A stretch of 64,000 nt of DNA from Gemmatimonadales bacterium (GCA_038205315.1 JBBRBY010000004.1:23826-87825), one strand, 5' to 3'. Counted from the first letter of the stretch, positions 27,204-37,293 are shown. Notes: generated from the sequence alone by a model not told the origin. Made by a program: numbers and translations.

Positions 27204-30200
27204 CTACTGGATGTCCTGCTGGCGGTACGTCGGCTTGTCGTAGTTGAACTTGAGGTCCGGCTGTGCCTTGTTGCCGATCATGAAGCTGAAATAGGAATTG
27301 CCGTTCGGACTCTGGCTGAACGAGAAGATCGCTCGCCAGTCGTGGAGGTCGCGCTGCAGGGAAACCTGGTTGCTGGCGAACGCGTGGTGCGCGACGTCGT
27401 AAAGCGTACCCCAGTTTGCGGCCCACTTCTGCGTGATGTGGAACGATGTGTTGGCACTTATCGTCTCGCGCGGCGGGATTCTCACGAAGACGCCGCCGCC
27501 GATCGGATCGTTCACATTGCTCACCGCAGTCTGCGGATTGAGCAGCGACTGCTGCTTGCAGGTCTCGAATAGAATCGGGTTCGAGGAGTACTGATTGCAC
27601 AGCAATGTGGGATCGTAGTTCACAACTCGTCCGCCCAGGGGGGGCCGCTGGCGCGTTTCGGAGAAACTGATCTGGCTGGTCCACCCGGGGGTATCGTTGA
27701 CCCTGTACTGCTGGTCGCGCGCGTAGCTGCCGGCAATGGGCATCGACGACAGCCGCGCATTCAGCTCGTCCTGTGCGGTCTGTTCGATGCTTTGCGACTG
27801 CGACGGTACGCTGGTCGCATGCCCGAACAGCCGGCTTATGGCGCCAAATATCCCGCTCTGCCCGTTGATCGTGAAGGAAGCATTGATTCCTTCCTGGAAC
27901 GGCTTGAACCGGGCCGTGTCGCTCTGCGTATCGCCCTGGAACAGCGAGTACGTGCTGTTGAACGCGAAGCCGGGAAGCAGGTCCGAGGTGGCTCCGTACG
28001 TGAACGAGTTTGTCGTCAGTCCGGTGCGGTGCGTCTGCCGCGCACGCTCGAAATCCCAGGTCAGAGACGAGAAATCGAGCGCCAGCAGCTTGATCTTCCG
28101 CCCCTCGGCGGACGATCCCGTATCGGAACGGAGCTTCCCCTCGAACACCTGGGACAGCCCGAACGTCACGGCGTTTTGCGGTAGCGCTCCAAGGAAGCCG
28201 CCGGCCGAATGATTCGTTGCCGCGAGATACGCCGTCGGCGTCGAGGCCGCCGGCGCGTAGGCGAAGCTGATTCTGGGAGTTAGCGAGTGCCGTATCCTGG
28301 CAAGCGGCCCGAACCCCGGGAACAATGCAAACAGCGTCGGCGAAATCCCCAGCGAAAAGTTCGGGCGCTTGCTCTGATGCACCCACTGCCCGCCTGAGAA
28401 CTCCGATTGCACGAAGTACGAGCCTGCGTACACGTTCGTGAAGTTCACTGAAGGGTTCATGTTCAGCGTTCCGGGAAAGAAACCGGGCAGGCTGAATGCA
28501 AAGTTGAAGTCCGCCTGGTTAGTTGCCGAGTGCGCGAACGTCCGCGTGTAGCGCTGCGTTGTATCGGTCGGGCTCACGAAGGTGCGCGTCACGGGATGGT
28601 TCAGCGCCAGGCTCTGCAGATTGCCCGAGAGATCGATCCGGAAACCGTGAATGATCACCGGCGTGCTGAGGGACGTGGATTGAGTTACTTCGGACGCCTT
28701 GATCCGGGAGCTGTCCGACACGCCTGACGAATTTGCGAAGTACCGGTAGAAAACGGCCTGCGATTCATCCATGTTCTCCTTGGCGGAACGCTGGAAGTTC
28801 AGGCTTGGCGTCCAGTCAAGCCAGTGCGTCAGAGCAAGCGTCGGGCTTGTGAGGCTGACAGTCGGATAGTTCTCCTGTATCTGCGTGCGCCCCGAGTACT
28901 GATCTCGATGGCCGCCCAGATCCATCGAGAACGGGCCGACCTTGCGGCTGTAGCGCACGTCGGAGCTGATCGCCGAGAGCTGCTGCTGCGGGTTGAAGGT
29001 GGTCTGCCTGAGCGCAAAGGTATTCGTCGTGAAGTTGACGTTGGCGTTGAACCGACTGGTTGACGAGAACTCCTGCGCATGGTACCAGGTGACTGCCGTG
29101 TTGTTGTTGCCGCCGGTCTGCGCCAGATGGTTGGCCGCGATTCCGCCCGTGATGAACCTATCGAGCCACCGATAACGAAACTGTCCGTTCACACGGGAGA
29201 AGCCAGGATCCGTTGCAGTGCTTCGGGCGCTGCTGCGCCAGTCGTACCAGGCCTCGGCGTCCATGTAATCGCCGAGGTTGGCGTAGTAGCCCAGGTTCTC
29301 CACGTGACGCCTGTAGGACGAGCTGTTGCGTACGAATTCGCTGAGGCCGAACCGAGGCGTAAGGATTCCGCTTCTCCGACCGTTGCGCACATCCTGGAAC
29401 AGGAACGGCAGCCAGAATACCGGTACGCCTGCCACATACAGCGTTGCCGGACGGGCTACAAGCAGATTCTTGGAGACGAACTTTATCTCGTTGGACTTGA
29501 AGTAGTAATCGGGGACGCTGTCATCGCAGCTCGTGATGATTCCATTTCGGACATAATACGCGCTGTGCTTCGCCGGACTCGTATCGCGAACGAACGCGGT
29601 CTCCTTGCCGGATAGATAGTAAGTCTGTCCACTCTCGACGGAGGTACTGATGTTCGTCGCCGATCCGCGGCCGAGCGCAGCGTTGTAGGTCACCCGTCCT
29701 CGCGCGATGACATCCGCTGTCTGCTGCGACGGATCGTGAAGGATCACTGTATCGCCCGTTGCGGTGACGAGCTTGGTGGAATCGTTGTAGATGACGGTGT
29801 CGCCAATGACGATTGTCTGTTCTCGTCCAACGGCCGCAGGCTTGCCCTGAATGCGCAACGCCTTGGTCAGGGCATTGAAGGTTACGTTGTCACCCTGGTA
29901 CCTCGTGGCCCGGTAGCCTGGCAGCGCCATCAGCGACTTGGCAACAGAATCCGAATCAGACGCCCACTTTACCAGCTGCTTCACCAGCGGCTTCACCAGC
30001 GGCTTCACCACGTGCAGCGAATCGCGCCGGGTCGTATCGCGCGCCGCACTGTCGCGGCGCGCAGCCGGCGCCAAACTCCGCGGTACTGTGTCCGCTGCGG
30101 CCTTGAACGTGTTGCCGCTCTGGCTGGTCTTGCGTGTGCTGTCAGCTCCGCCGCGCTGCGCCAGCGCCGGCGACGCCAGCAGTGTGGCACCGACGAGCGC

Positions 30201-30251
30201 CGCACCGATCAGCCTGTGCGACACGACGGGCGACCAGCCTCGCGCGCTCAC
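27204..30251 (-). CDS. lptD: LptD/OstA-like large outer membrane protein
   Basis: Signal peptide (LIGAALVGATLLASPALAQ), an OstA-like N-terminal segment (NVTFNALTKALRIQGKPAAVGREQTIVIGDTVIYND...), and more than 700 aa of Gly/Ser/Asn/aromatic-rich beta-barrel-like sequence. The GTG start overlaps the tatC stop (GTGA). Confidence 0.65.
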   Translation of the reverse strand: MSARGWSPVVSHRLIGAALVGATLLASPALAQRGGADSTRKTSQSGNTFKAAADTVPRSLAPAARRDSAARDTTRRDSLHVVKPLVKPLVKQLVKWASDSDSVAKSLMALPGYRATRYQGDNVTFNALTKALRIQGKPAAVGREQTIVIGDTVIYNDSTKLVTATGDTVILHDPSQQTADVIARGRVTYNAALGRGSATNISTSVESGQTYYLSGKETAFVRDTSPAKHSAYYVRNGIITSCDDSVPDYYFKSNEIKFVSKNLLVARPATLYVAGVPVFWLPFLFQDVRNGRRSGILTPRFGLSEFVRNSSSYRRHVENLGYYANLGDYMDAEAWYDWRSSARSTATDPGFSRVNGQFRYRWLDRFITGGIAANHLAQTGGNNNTAVTWYHAQEFSSTSRFNANVNFTTNTFALRQTTFNPQQQLSAISSDVRYSRKVGPFSMDLGGHRDQYSGRTQIQENYPTVSLTSPTLALTHWLDWTPSLNFQRSAKENMDESQAVFYRYFANSSGVSDSSRIKASEVTQSTSLSTPVIIHGFRIDLSGNLQSLALNHPVTRTFVSPTDTTQRYTRTFAHSATNQADFNFAFSLPGFFPGTLNMNPSVNFTNVYAGSYFVQSEFSGGQWVHQSKRPNFSLGISPTLFALFPGFGPLARIRHSLTPRISFAYAPAASTPTAYLAATNHSAGGFLGALPQNAVTFGLSQVFEGKLRSDTGSSAEGRKIKLLALDFSSLTWDFERARQTHRTGLTTNSFTYGATSDLLPGFAFNSTYSLFQGDTQSDTARFKPFQEGINASFTINGQSGIFGAISRLFGHATSVPSQSQSIEQTAQDELNARLSSMPIAGSYARDQQYRVNDTPGWTSQISFSETRQRPPLGGRVVNYDPTLLCNQYSSNPILFETCKQQSLLNPQTAVSNVNDPIGGGVFVRIPPRETISANTSFHITQKWAANWGTLYDVAHHAFASNQVSLQRDLHDWRAIFSFSQSPNGNSYFSFMIGNKAQPDLKFNYDKPTYRQQDIQ

Positions 30252-31105
30252 GCCGGCGCGCCCAGCCGCCGCGGCTCCTGCCTGGCGGGTGGAGGCGGTG
30301 GGAGATTTGACCGTGACTCTGGTGGTTCCGGCGGCTCCGGCCCCTCCTCACGTTTCCTGCGCCACCGGAATACCATGCGAGACAGCACGATGCTCAACTC
30401 GAACAGTCCGTACATGGGGATCGCGATCGCGAACATCGCTGTCGGATCGGGCGTGATGAAGCTTCCAATTATCAGGCCACCCACGGCTGCGTAGCGTCGA
30501 TATTTGGCGAGAAACTTTGGATTCGTGAGTCCGATCGCGGTGAGACCCATGATGACGATGGGTAGCTCGAACGCAGCCCCGAATGCAAGGCACATGTAGA
30601 TCGCGAAGCCGAAATATTCCGAGGCCGCGATCATGGGTTGCAGCGCGCGCGACTCGACGCCCACCAGAAACTGTATCGTCATCGGCAGGATGACGGTGAA
30701 CGCGAGCGCGACACCGGCGACGAACAGCAACACGATTCCGCCCAGAACGGGCAGTACCATCTTCTTCTCGTGCGAGTACATCGCGGGCGAGACGAAGCCC
30801 CAGAGCTGATACAGAATCACTGGCGACGCGATGACGAAGGAGAGCGCGAAGCCGGCGTCGAGAACTATCTGGAACGCATCCCCCGGATGCAGATACACCA
30901 GCTTCTGGCCATGCAGATACGGCGTGATGGGCCGCGACAGAAACTCGATGACATCGAAGTTCGGGAGCTGGGTGAACAGCACGAATGCGATGATCGCACC
31001 CACTGCGAAAGCAGCAGCGCATTTGAACAGCCGCTGCCGCAGCTCCTCGAGGTGATCGAGGAACGCCATCTCGGCCATGCCGCCAGAAATGCCGGATCGC
31101 GCCAC
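30248..31105 (-). CDS. tatC: Twin-arginine translocase subunit TatC
   Basis: FLDHLEELRQRL N-terminal motif, six predicted TM segments, and a Pro-rich tail. Start is GTG at 31105 or ATG at 31078/31069. Confidence 0.85.
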   Translation of the reverse strand: MARSGISGGMAEMAFLDHLEELRQRLFKCAAAFAVGAIIAFVLFTQLPNFDVIEFLSRPITPYLHGQKLVYLHPGDAFQIVLDAGFALSFVIASPVILYQLWGFVSPAMYSHEKKMVLPVLGGIVLLFVAGVALAFTVILPMTIQFLVGVESRALQPMIAASEYFGFAIYMCLAFGAAFELPIVIMGLTAIGLTNPKFLAKYRRYAAVGGLIIGSFITPDPTAMFAIAIPMYGLFELSIVLSRMVFRWRRKREEGPEPPEPPESRSNLPPPPPARQEPRRLGAPA

Positions 31106-31119
31106 GATCTTCCTCGCGC

Positions 31120-31875
31120 CTACTTGATTGTCTTGATGCGGTCTCGCGCCAACGCCGCCTCGTCCGAGCGCGGATACTTCTTGACGAGCGTGTTGTACAG
31201 CTCTCTGGCCCTGTCTCCGTTTCCGGAGTTCTGGGCCGCGACGGCACGCTTGTAGATCGCGGTCGCCGCGCGCGGCGATCCCGCGTACCGTGCCGCTACT
31301 TGCGCATAGACCGAGTCGGCGGCGGCCGCATTGTTCTCGGCGGCATACGTCTCCGCGATGTAGAACTGCGCGTCCGGGGCGACGTCAGCCTTTGGATATT
31401 TTGTTATGAGATCCTGGAATGCCTGGCGCGCAGCCGCGTTGCTGCCCTGCATCATCTGCTCGCGCGCCACCTGGAACAGCGCGTTCGGCCCGGGCGTCGC
31501 GGCCACACCGTTCAAATCCGGCGGTGCCGTCGCACTCTGGCGCTCCTCCAGCGACGCTCTCACCTCCTGAATGCGGCGCTGGCTCTGTCCAGTGAGCTCC
31601 TGAACCTGCAGGAGCTGCTGCTGCACGGATGCCATGCTCGACGTCACGTCGGACCGAAAGCGTGTCAACCGATTTCCGATCGCAGCAAGCGAGTCGTTCG
31701 CGAGGCGGAGACTCGACAATGCACGATCCATCTGCAGTCTCCGCGCGGAGTCCGACGCCGCCTGCTCGCTCCGCAGTGTCTTGATGTCACCCTGGAGCAC
31801 CTGCACGTCCTGCTGCGTGGCGAAACAGCCAGCCAGGAGCATCGCGAGCGGTGCGACCATCAATGTCCGTTTCAC
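31120..31875 (-). CDS. ybgF: Tol-Pal system protein YbgF/CpoB
   Basis: Lipoprotein-like signal (LAMLLAGC), an N-terminal coiled coil, and C-terminal TPRs (YPKADVAPDAQFYIAETY..., LVKKYPRSDEAALA). Positioned after pal. Confidence 0.75.
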   Translation of the reverse strand: MKRTLMVAPLAMLLAGCFATQQDVQVLQGDIKTLRSEQAASDSARRLQMDRALSSLRLANDSLAAIGNRLTRFRSDVTSSMASVQQQLLQVQELTGQSQRRIQEVRASLEERQSATAPPDLNGVAATPGPNALFQVAREQMMQGSNAAARQAFQDLITKYPKADVAPDAQFYIAETYAAENNAAAADSVYAQVAARYAGSPRAATAIYKRAVAAQNSGNGDRARELYNTLVKKYPRSDEAALARDRIKTIK

Positions 31876-32468
31876 TGGTTCGGTCCTCCGGTCGGCGCGA
31901 TTTCGGAGCGCCTGTTACGCGACCACGCCTCTTCGTTGTCGCCCTGCGTCGCCGGCATTTCCGCCCCCATGCTGCTGATGGCGAGCCTGCCCGCGTCGAC
32001 TCCGTTGTTCACCAGAAACGCCTTGGCCTCGGCGGCGCGCCGCAGACCCAGCGCCAGATTGTATTCCGACGAGCCACGGTCGTCAGTGTGACCGGTTATC
32101 CGCACGCGAATCGATGGCTGCGCCTGAAGCACCGGAACCTTCGCGAGCAATAGCGACCGCGCGGCCTCCGTGAGTGCGGAGCTGTCGAAGTCGTAATAGA
32201 TAGTGGCCGACAAAACCTTCATTGCGTCCGCGTTCTGCGCGGCCTCGCGCTGCTCACGCTCACGTACTGCCCGCAGACTGTCCTGCTCCTTCTGCGCGCG
32301 AGCAATCTCCGCCTGACGGGCGGCGTTCGCTCTCGCGATGGAATCAGCACGAGCGCGATCCAACGAATCGCTGTTTACCGGCGTCGGCGCGAGAGCCGCC
32401 GGAGTCTTGTGACACGCCGCAGTCGCGGCAAGCGCTGCGAGTGCCATTACAGTTGTGCGCAGATGCAT
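31872..32468 (-). CDS. pal: Peptidoglycan-associated lipoprotein Pal (OmpA-like domain)
   Basis: Lipobox (ATAAC). OmpA_C motif ITGHTDDRGSSEYNLALGLRRAAEAKAFLV. Confidence 0.9.
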   Translation of the reverse strand: MHLRTTVMALAALAATAACHKTPAALAPTPVNSDSLDRARADSIARANAARQAEIARAQKEQDSLRAVREREQREAAQNADAMKVLSATIYYDFDSSALTEAARSLLLAKVPVLQAQPSIRVRITGHTDDRGSSEYNLALGLRRAAEAKAFLVNNGVDAGRLAISSMGAEMPATQGDNEEAWSRNRRSEIAPTGGPNQ

Positions 32469-32480
32469 GATGTTTCGAGG

Positions 32481-33797
32481 TTAGGGTTTGAGAGTGGGCG
32501 ACCAGGCCGGCAGCCTTGCGCCAGCCGCGTGCGTCAACTGCCGCATGCGACCGGATTCCGCATCGAGCACCCAGAGTTGCCGGGGACCGGTGCGCGTGGA
32601 CGAAAACACCATGTGTCTGGCATCGGGCCCCCAGCTCGGATCCTCATTCTGCCCGTCACTCGTGTACTGCTTGGTGGACCGGTCCCGGAGATCGATGGTC
32701 ATTATCTGGAAGTTACCGTCGATGCGCGACTCATACGCGATTCTGCGTCCGTCGGGTGCCCAGTCCGGAGACGCCCTGTAGGCCTGCTCGCCATACGTGA
32801 ACTCGGTCAGCAACGACGCGTTGGTACCGTCCGCATCCATCGTGTACACCTCCGGATGCCCGGCCCGGCCCGACATAAAGGCGATCTGACGTCCATCGGG
32901 GCTGTAGCTGGGCGACGTGTTGTCGCTTCCCCGACCCACGGTGATCGTGCGCGACGCAACCGCTTCCCCGCCGTGCATGACCATTATGTCGGTTCCGTGG
33001 TCAGAGCCGCTAGCGTATGCGATCATCGCGCCATCCGGTGAGTACGCCGGCGTGATGTTCAGCCCGCGCGCCGTACCGCTCAACCAGTGCAGATCGCCGG
33101 TGACGAAGCTGTGTACCGCTATCTGCGAGCCGGACGGCGTAAAGCCGGAAAAAACGATCCTGCTGGCGTCGGGACTCCACGCGGCCGACATCGCGAGCGA
33201 AAGGCTGGTAAGCTTGCGGGCGTTCTCTCCATCGCTGTCGATCACCCATATCTGCTTGTCACCGCCGCTGTACGCGATGCGGGTAGCAGCCGAGCCCGGC
33301 GTGCCGAAAATCCAGCGCCCGACCTCGTCGCTCGCGCGGTGGAGCGCCATTCTCCACTCCGGAGAATTCGGCGCTGCAAGCAGCGGGAATGCGCCCACCT
33401 GGATGCGACGCCTGGCCGCGACATCATACATCGTGATGTTGATGCCGGTCATAGAGTGCTCGGGCCGAAGGATCGCCACGACTCCAAGCTTGGCAAAGAG
33501 CGGATAATTGAATTTGTCGCCCGATTTAGGCATCATCGCGCGCGCCGAGGCATCGTCCAGGGTCACGACGTTCGCGCGGTCATCGTAATCGATGTCGCGT
33601 TGAAGAATCGCGCGTACCGAATCGCCGCCCACGGAATCCGCGGGAAGCACGAGCACGCCCGGCTTGGTGCCGAGCGCATAGTTAAGGCCGAGCCTGACGC
33701 CCTCGGGCACCGGGTTCTGGCCGCGCGCGCCGAGTGGCACGAGCGCGAGCGCCGCCAGGGACAGGCCGGCAACATGGAATCGTTTCAATTGCATCAC
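32481..33797 (-). CDS. tolB: Tol-Pal system beta-propeller protein TolB
   Basis: Signal peptide, a TolB N-domain and repeated WD-like PD40 blades (SPDG..IAF/Y). Start is GTG at 33797 (GTGA overlap) or ATG at 33794. Confidence 0.9.
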   Translation of the reverse strand: MMQLKRFHVAGLSLAALALVPLGARGQNPVPEGVRLGLNYALGTKPGVLVLPADSVGGDSVRAILQRDIDYDDRANVVTLDDASARAMMPKSGDKFNYPLFAKLGVVAILRPEHSMTGINITMYDVAARRRIQVGAFPLLAAPNSPEWRMALHRASDEVGRWIFGTPGSAATRIAYSGGDKQIWVIDSDGENARKLTSLSLAMSAAWSPDASRIVFSGFTPSGSQIAVHSFVTGDLHWLSGTARGLNITPAYSPDGAMIAYASGSDHGTDIMVMHGGEAVASRTITVGRGSDNTSPSYSPDGRQIAFMSGRAGHPEVYTMDADGTNASLLTEFTYGEQAYRASPDWAPDGRRIAYESRIDGNFQIMTIDLRDRSTKQYTSDGQNEDPSWGPDARHMVFSSTRTGPRQLWVLDAESGRMRQLTHAAGARLPAWSPTLKP

Positions 33798-34492
33798 TGC
33801 AGAAATCGTGGGTCGAAGCTGAAAACTACGGGAAGGACATCATCGCGGAAACCGTCGGGTAGCGGACCAAACGCCGAAGCGGCCCGCTCCACCGCACCCT
33901 GCGCTTCCAGATCAAACGAGTAAACCCCGGATCGTGTCAGAAATTTCACATTGGTGACACTCCCGTCTCGGTGAATCAGGAACGACACCGTTGCACTCAG
34001 CGGGGAGTTTGGATTCTTCGGGCGAAAGTTGAGCGCGATCTGTCGTACGATGTTGTTTAGATAACCAGGGAACGGGAAATCGATCCCTGCCGTCTGTACG
34101 GTGGCGACATCGGTGCCGCGTCCGCCAACTGGTCCGCCACCCGCCTTCGGCGCCCTGGAGGCCGGTGCCGGCTTGGGCTTTGCCTCCACCGGAGTGGCGC
34201 GCGTGACCGGAGCTGGCGCCGCCCTGGACGGTGCTGGAGGGACCGGCGCCGGTGTCTCGCGCATCTTCGGCGGCGTGGGCGCTGGCACCGTCGGCGCAGG
34301 CGTGTTGGTCACCTCGCCGATCGCACGCGGCCCTGGGGGAGCCGCCACGATGTTGACCTTGTAGATTGGCGGAAGCACCACTGGCGGGCCGGGGCGGAGG
34401 GCCCAGATCGCCAGTCCTATGATCGCGAGGTGTACGACGGCGGAGACACCGATCCCGCTCGCGAGCCCGCCTTCAGGCTCACGACTCCTCAA
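33794..34492 (-). CDS. tolA: TolA-like / TonB C-terminal domain protein
   Basis: N-terminal TM anchor, a Pro/Ala-rich spacer, and a TonB_C-type C-terminal domain. Lies between tolR and tolB. The TTG start overlaps the tolR stop (TTGA). Confidence 0.7.
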   Translation of the reverse strand: MRSREPEGGLASGIGVSAVVHLAIIGLAIWALRPGPPVVLPPIYKVNIVAAPPGPRAIGEVTNTPAPTVPAPTPPKMRETPAPVPPAPSRAAPAPVTRATPVEAKPKPAPASRAPKAGGGPVGGRGTDVATVQTAGIDFPFPGYLNNIVRQIALNFRPKNPNSPLSATVSFLIHRDGSVTNVKFLTRSGVYSFDLEAQGAVERAASAFGPLPDGFRDDVLPVVFSFDPRFLQ

Positions 34493-34908
34493 CGCGGCGT
34501 ATCCTCCGGCTCGGCGACAAGACCGACGTCGGTGGAACCGCTTGCGCGCATAACTGCCAGCACCCTGACCACCATACCATACGGTACACCCTGATCCGCT
34601 CGGAGGTACACTCCGCCCTTTCCGTGCTGCTCGGCGAGCGCCTTGAACGCAGCGCGAAATTCCTCATACGTGAGCCGGTCCTTGTCCACGAAGATCGTGC
34701 CCGACCTGTCGATGCTCACGACGAGACCGGTCTTCGCATCGAGCGGCCTGGCCTCGGCCTTGGGCAACGACACGTCCACGCCGCCCTGCATGATGGGCGC
34801 GGTGATCATGAAGATCACCATGAGCAGCAGCATCACGTCGATGAGATTCACGACGTTGATCTCCGCGTTCAGCGCGAGTTTCACACCCCTTCGGCGTCGG
34901 CTCGCCAT
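34489..34908 (-). CDS. tolR: Biopolymer transport protein TolR/ExbD
   Basis: 139 aa. INVVNLIDVMLLLMVIFMITAP TM helix with the conserved Asp, and a periplasmic ExbD fold. Confidence 0.85.
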   Translation of the reverse strand: MASRRRRGVKLALNAEINVVNLIDVMLLLMVIFMITAPIMQGGVDVSLPKAEARPLDAKTGLVVSIDRSGTIFVDKDRLTYEEFRAAFKALAEQHGKGGVYLRADQGVPYGMVVRVLAVMRASGSTDVGLVAEPEDTPR

Positions 34909-35628
34909 CTAGATGCGCCCTTCGAGAACGAGAAGCGCAATCAGTTCGGTCCCGAATCCTTCGAGTTCGCTGTCTATGCGATTGAGGCGATTCGCAAAGA
35001 GGTTGTATCCAAAGACAGCCGGTATTGCCACGGCGAGCGCGGCAGCGGTGGCAATGAGTGCCTCGGCGACACCGGGAGCGACTGCGCCGATGTTCCCGGA
35101 TCCCTGCGACGCGATTCCGATGAACGCCTCCACAACACCGAGCACGGTGCCCAGCAGCCCGATGAGCGGACTCACGGAGCCAATGGTTCCGAGCGATGGT
35201 ACGTAGCGAGAGAGGCGATCGCGCGCTGCATTCGTTTCGGAGTCCAGAACCAGTCGCAATGCTTCAACCTGCGAGCCGCTGAACTTGGCCGATCTTCCCG
35301 GAGTCGCCGCCATCGCGGGGGTGACGTCGCGCAGAAAATCGCTCGCGCGACGAAGCAGACGAGCATGGGGCACGTCACCCGACTGCCGAACGGCATCGAC
35401 GACACCCTCGAAAGAGGACGCCCGCTCGAAACTGTTCATGAAGACGACTGAATCGCGAGTAACGCCCCGGAACTGGCGCCATTTCGCGAACATTATCGCC
35501 CAGCTGATAAGTGAAAGCACGACGAGAACCCCAAGCACGATCTTGGTTGCCATCGTTCCGTGCAGGATCATTTCTGTTGGCGTGGTGGGTACCACGCCAA
35601 GTTGAGCCCAGACCAATATCTGATTCAC
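34909..35628 (-). CDS. tolQ: Proton-channel protein TolQ/ExbB (MotA family)
   Basis: Three TM helices. SPLIGLLGTVLGV and ALIATAAALAVAIPA motifs of MotA/TolQ/ExbB. GTG start, and the stop abuts the tolR start. Confidence 0.85.
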   Translation of the reverse strand: MNQILVWAQLGVVPTTPTEMILHGTMATKIVLGVLVVLSLISWAIMFAKWRQFRGVTRDSVVFMNSFERASSFEGVVDAVRQSGDVPHARLLRRASDFLRDVTPAMAATPGRSAKFSGSQVEALRLVLDSETNAARDRLSRYVPSLGTIGSVSPLIGLLGTVLGVVEAFIGIASQGSGNIGAVAPGVAEALIATAAALAVAIPAVFGYNLFANRLNRIDSELEGFGTELIALLVLEGRI

Positions 35629-35686
35629 TAAAGCTCCGTCGGCAAAACGCCAAATCTAAGCCGGCGTCACACTCGGCGGGATCGGC

Positions 35687-36817
35687 TCAGGGCATCTTCG
35701 CCGAGAGACGCGTCGGCATTCCGACGCGAATCTCGGGCTGCATCTGGCTCACGACGATTCCAGTCGCCGCGATGGACGTCACGCGAACGATCGTCACCGT
35801 GGCAGTGCCTTCGACTGGCGCCGGGCGCCCGTCGGCGCGCGACCGATCGTCGAGCAGCGTGAACTGGTCCCCCATTTTCACGCCCTGCGACTCCGATGCG
35901 CCAAGCACGACATACGCCTGCACCGAGGGCAGTCTGGGAGCCCCCTGAATCCAGACGAGCTTCGCCGTAAGCGGATAATCGCCACGAACCGGGCGCGTGC
36001 TCGTTGCTTCGAACGACTGTCCAGGTGCGAAGATTCCCTCTCCAGGCGTGATGGTGCCAAACTGGCGCTCAATCACCGCTATGGCTCTTCCGGGGCCAGC
36101 CACAGAGTCGATGCGGAGGACGCCAGTGGGCTCGACAACGCGCCCGATGTCGGGAATCTCGGTGCCGTCCCGCGCGACTATCACGCGATCTCCCACCGCC
36201 GCCGAGCCGTTGGCTGGAAGGCTCACGTAGATCCGGTCGAACAGCTTGAATCCTGCGTCCGACGACAGTCCGAGCGCGGGGATGTCGACCGCACCGATCA
36301 CCTTTCCGAGGCGCGTGGAGTGCTTACTCGATACTACGTATGGCGCCGCTTCGTACTCGCCGGGGCGGACCGTTAGAGCCGGCGGGATTGTGGTTGATCG
36401 GACGGCGCGTCTTGGCGTCGTGGCCTCCGCCGTGGCGAAGACCGTGGGCTCCTGTGCGCGAGTCTGGATCTGGGCAACAACAACGCCGGCATCCGACGCC
36501 TGTGCCGCGATCTCCGGCTTGACCGCATCGCCGTCGATAGTGAGGACCTGCCCCGGATAGATCCAGTGCGGGTTCTTTACAATGTCGGTGTTCGCATGGA
36601 AGACCTGCGGCCACTTGAACGGGTCCTTCAAGTAGTACTTCGCGATGTCCCACAGTGTATCGCCAGGCTTCACCGTGTGCTTCACGGTGGCGGGCGCGGA
36701 ACGAACCGCGTCCCTGGTGGCTAGGGTGTCCTGCCCGCGGAGCGCGGCCGGCGCGACCGAGGCGAGGGCCGCGGCGAGGAAAGCCGCACGCGTGGCTGTG
36801 GCGAGTCTGTTTGGCAT
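35687..36817 (-). CDS. LysM peptidoglycan-binding domain protein
   Basis: Signal peptide (AAFLAAALASVAPAALRGQ), then a LysM motif HTVKPGDTLWDIAKYYL...NPHWIYPGQVL. The rest is not recognised. ATG at 36817 preferred over 36850. Confidence 0.75.
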   Translation of the reverse strand: MPNRLATATRAAFLAAALASVAPAALRGQDTLATRDAVRSAPATVKHTVKPGDTLWDIAKYYLKDPFKWPQVFHANTDIVKNPHWIYPGQVLTIDGDAVKPEIAAQASDAGVVVAQIQTRAQEPTVFATAEATTPRRAVRSTTIPPALTVRPGEYEAAPYVVSSKHSTRLGKVIGAVDIPALGLSSDAGFKLFDRIYVSLPANGSAAVGDRVIVARDGTEIPDIGRVVEPTGVLRIDSVAGPGRAIAVIERQFGTITPGEGIFAPGQSFEATSTRPVRGDYPLTAKLVWIQGAPRLPSVQAYVVLGASESQGVKMGDQFTLLDDRSRADGRPAPVEGTATVTIVRVTSIAATGIVVSQMQPEIRVGMPTRLSAKMP

Positions 36818-36948
36818 CGTTTGAGGACGACCGGGCAAGGATGAGAGCAACGACCTCCGACATTCTAGGAGTGTCGGCGTACGGCGCGCTTGGCCAAAGG
36901 CCGTTCGTGCGCCGTTCCGACAGCACCTACTGGGTCAGTCGACTCCCG

Positions 36949-37293
36949 CTAGAGCATCCAGCGAGGCCCCAGCGCCCAGAAAAAAACCGCCGTCAACAGG
37001 ATTACGACCACGATTGAAGCCGAGCCCACGATGATGAACTCGACGAGCCGTGCGGTCCCGCCGTGCGGAGTGGGTTCGTGAAAGAGCATCCCCCAACTGG
37101 CGAAGGACCAGGCAATGAAGCAGATGCCCAGAAGCACCCAGGAGCCGCCTGCGGCGACCGTCGCAATGAGTGCCGCAACACCGCTCACGGCAGCCACCAT
37201 CGACAACTGACCGTAGGACAACCTTCGCGCGAATCCCGCCAGAAGGCCCAGGACACTCTCGCGCGGCGCGGCGACATGAGCTGCATTGTTCAT
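36949..37293 (-). CDS. Small integral membrane protein, hypothetical
   Basis: Three or four hydrophobic helices. ATG at 37293 with a GGAG ribosome-binding site 6 nt upstream; the ORF-track start is 37323. Confidence 0.45.
   Translation of the reverse strand: MNNAAHVAAPRESVLGLLAGFARRLSYGQLSMVAAVSGVAALIATVAAGGSWVLLGICFIAWSFASWGMLFHEPTPHGGTARLVEFIIVGSASIVVVILLTAVFFWALGPRWML

Noticed and set aside
27049-28386. 445-aa minus-strand ORF overlapping the radical-SAM 5' end and the lptD-like 3' end in another frame
   Set aside because: It is Arg/Pro/Ala-rich with no motifs, and it overlaps two well-supported genes. It is an off-frame artefact.
29979-30014. 12-bp tandem repeats in coding sequence (CTTCACCAGCGG x2 plus a partial third unit here; CCGGCCCGCTCT x2 at 19915-19938), checked as possible CRISPR or VNTR
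   Set aside because: They are short, in-frame and immediately adjacent, with no spacers. They encode peptide repeats (VKPLVKPLVK and ESGPESGP) inside the lptD-like and TPR genes. This is not a CRISPR array.
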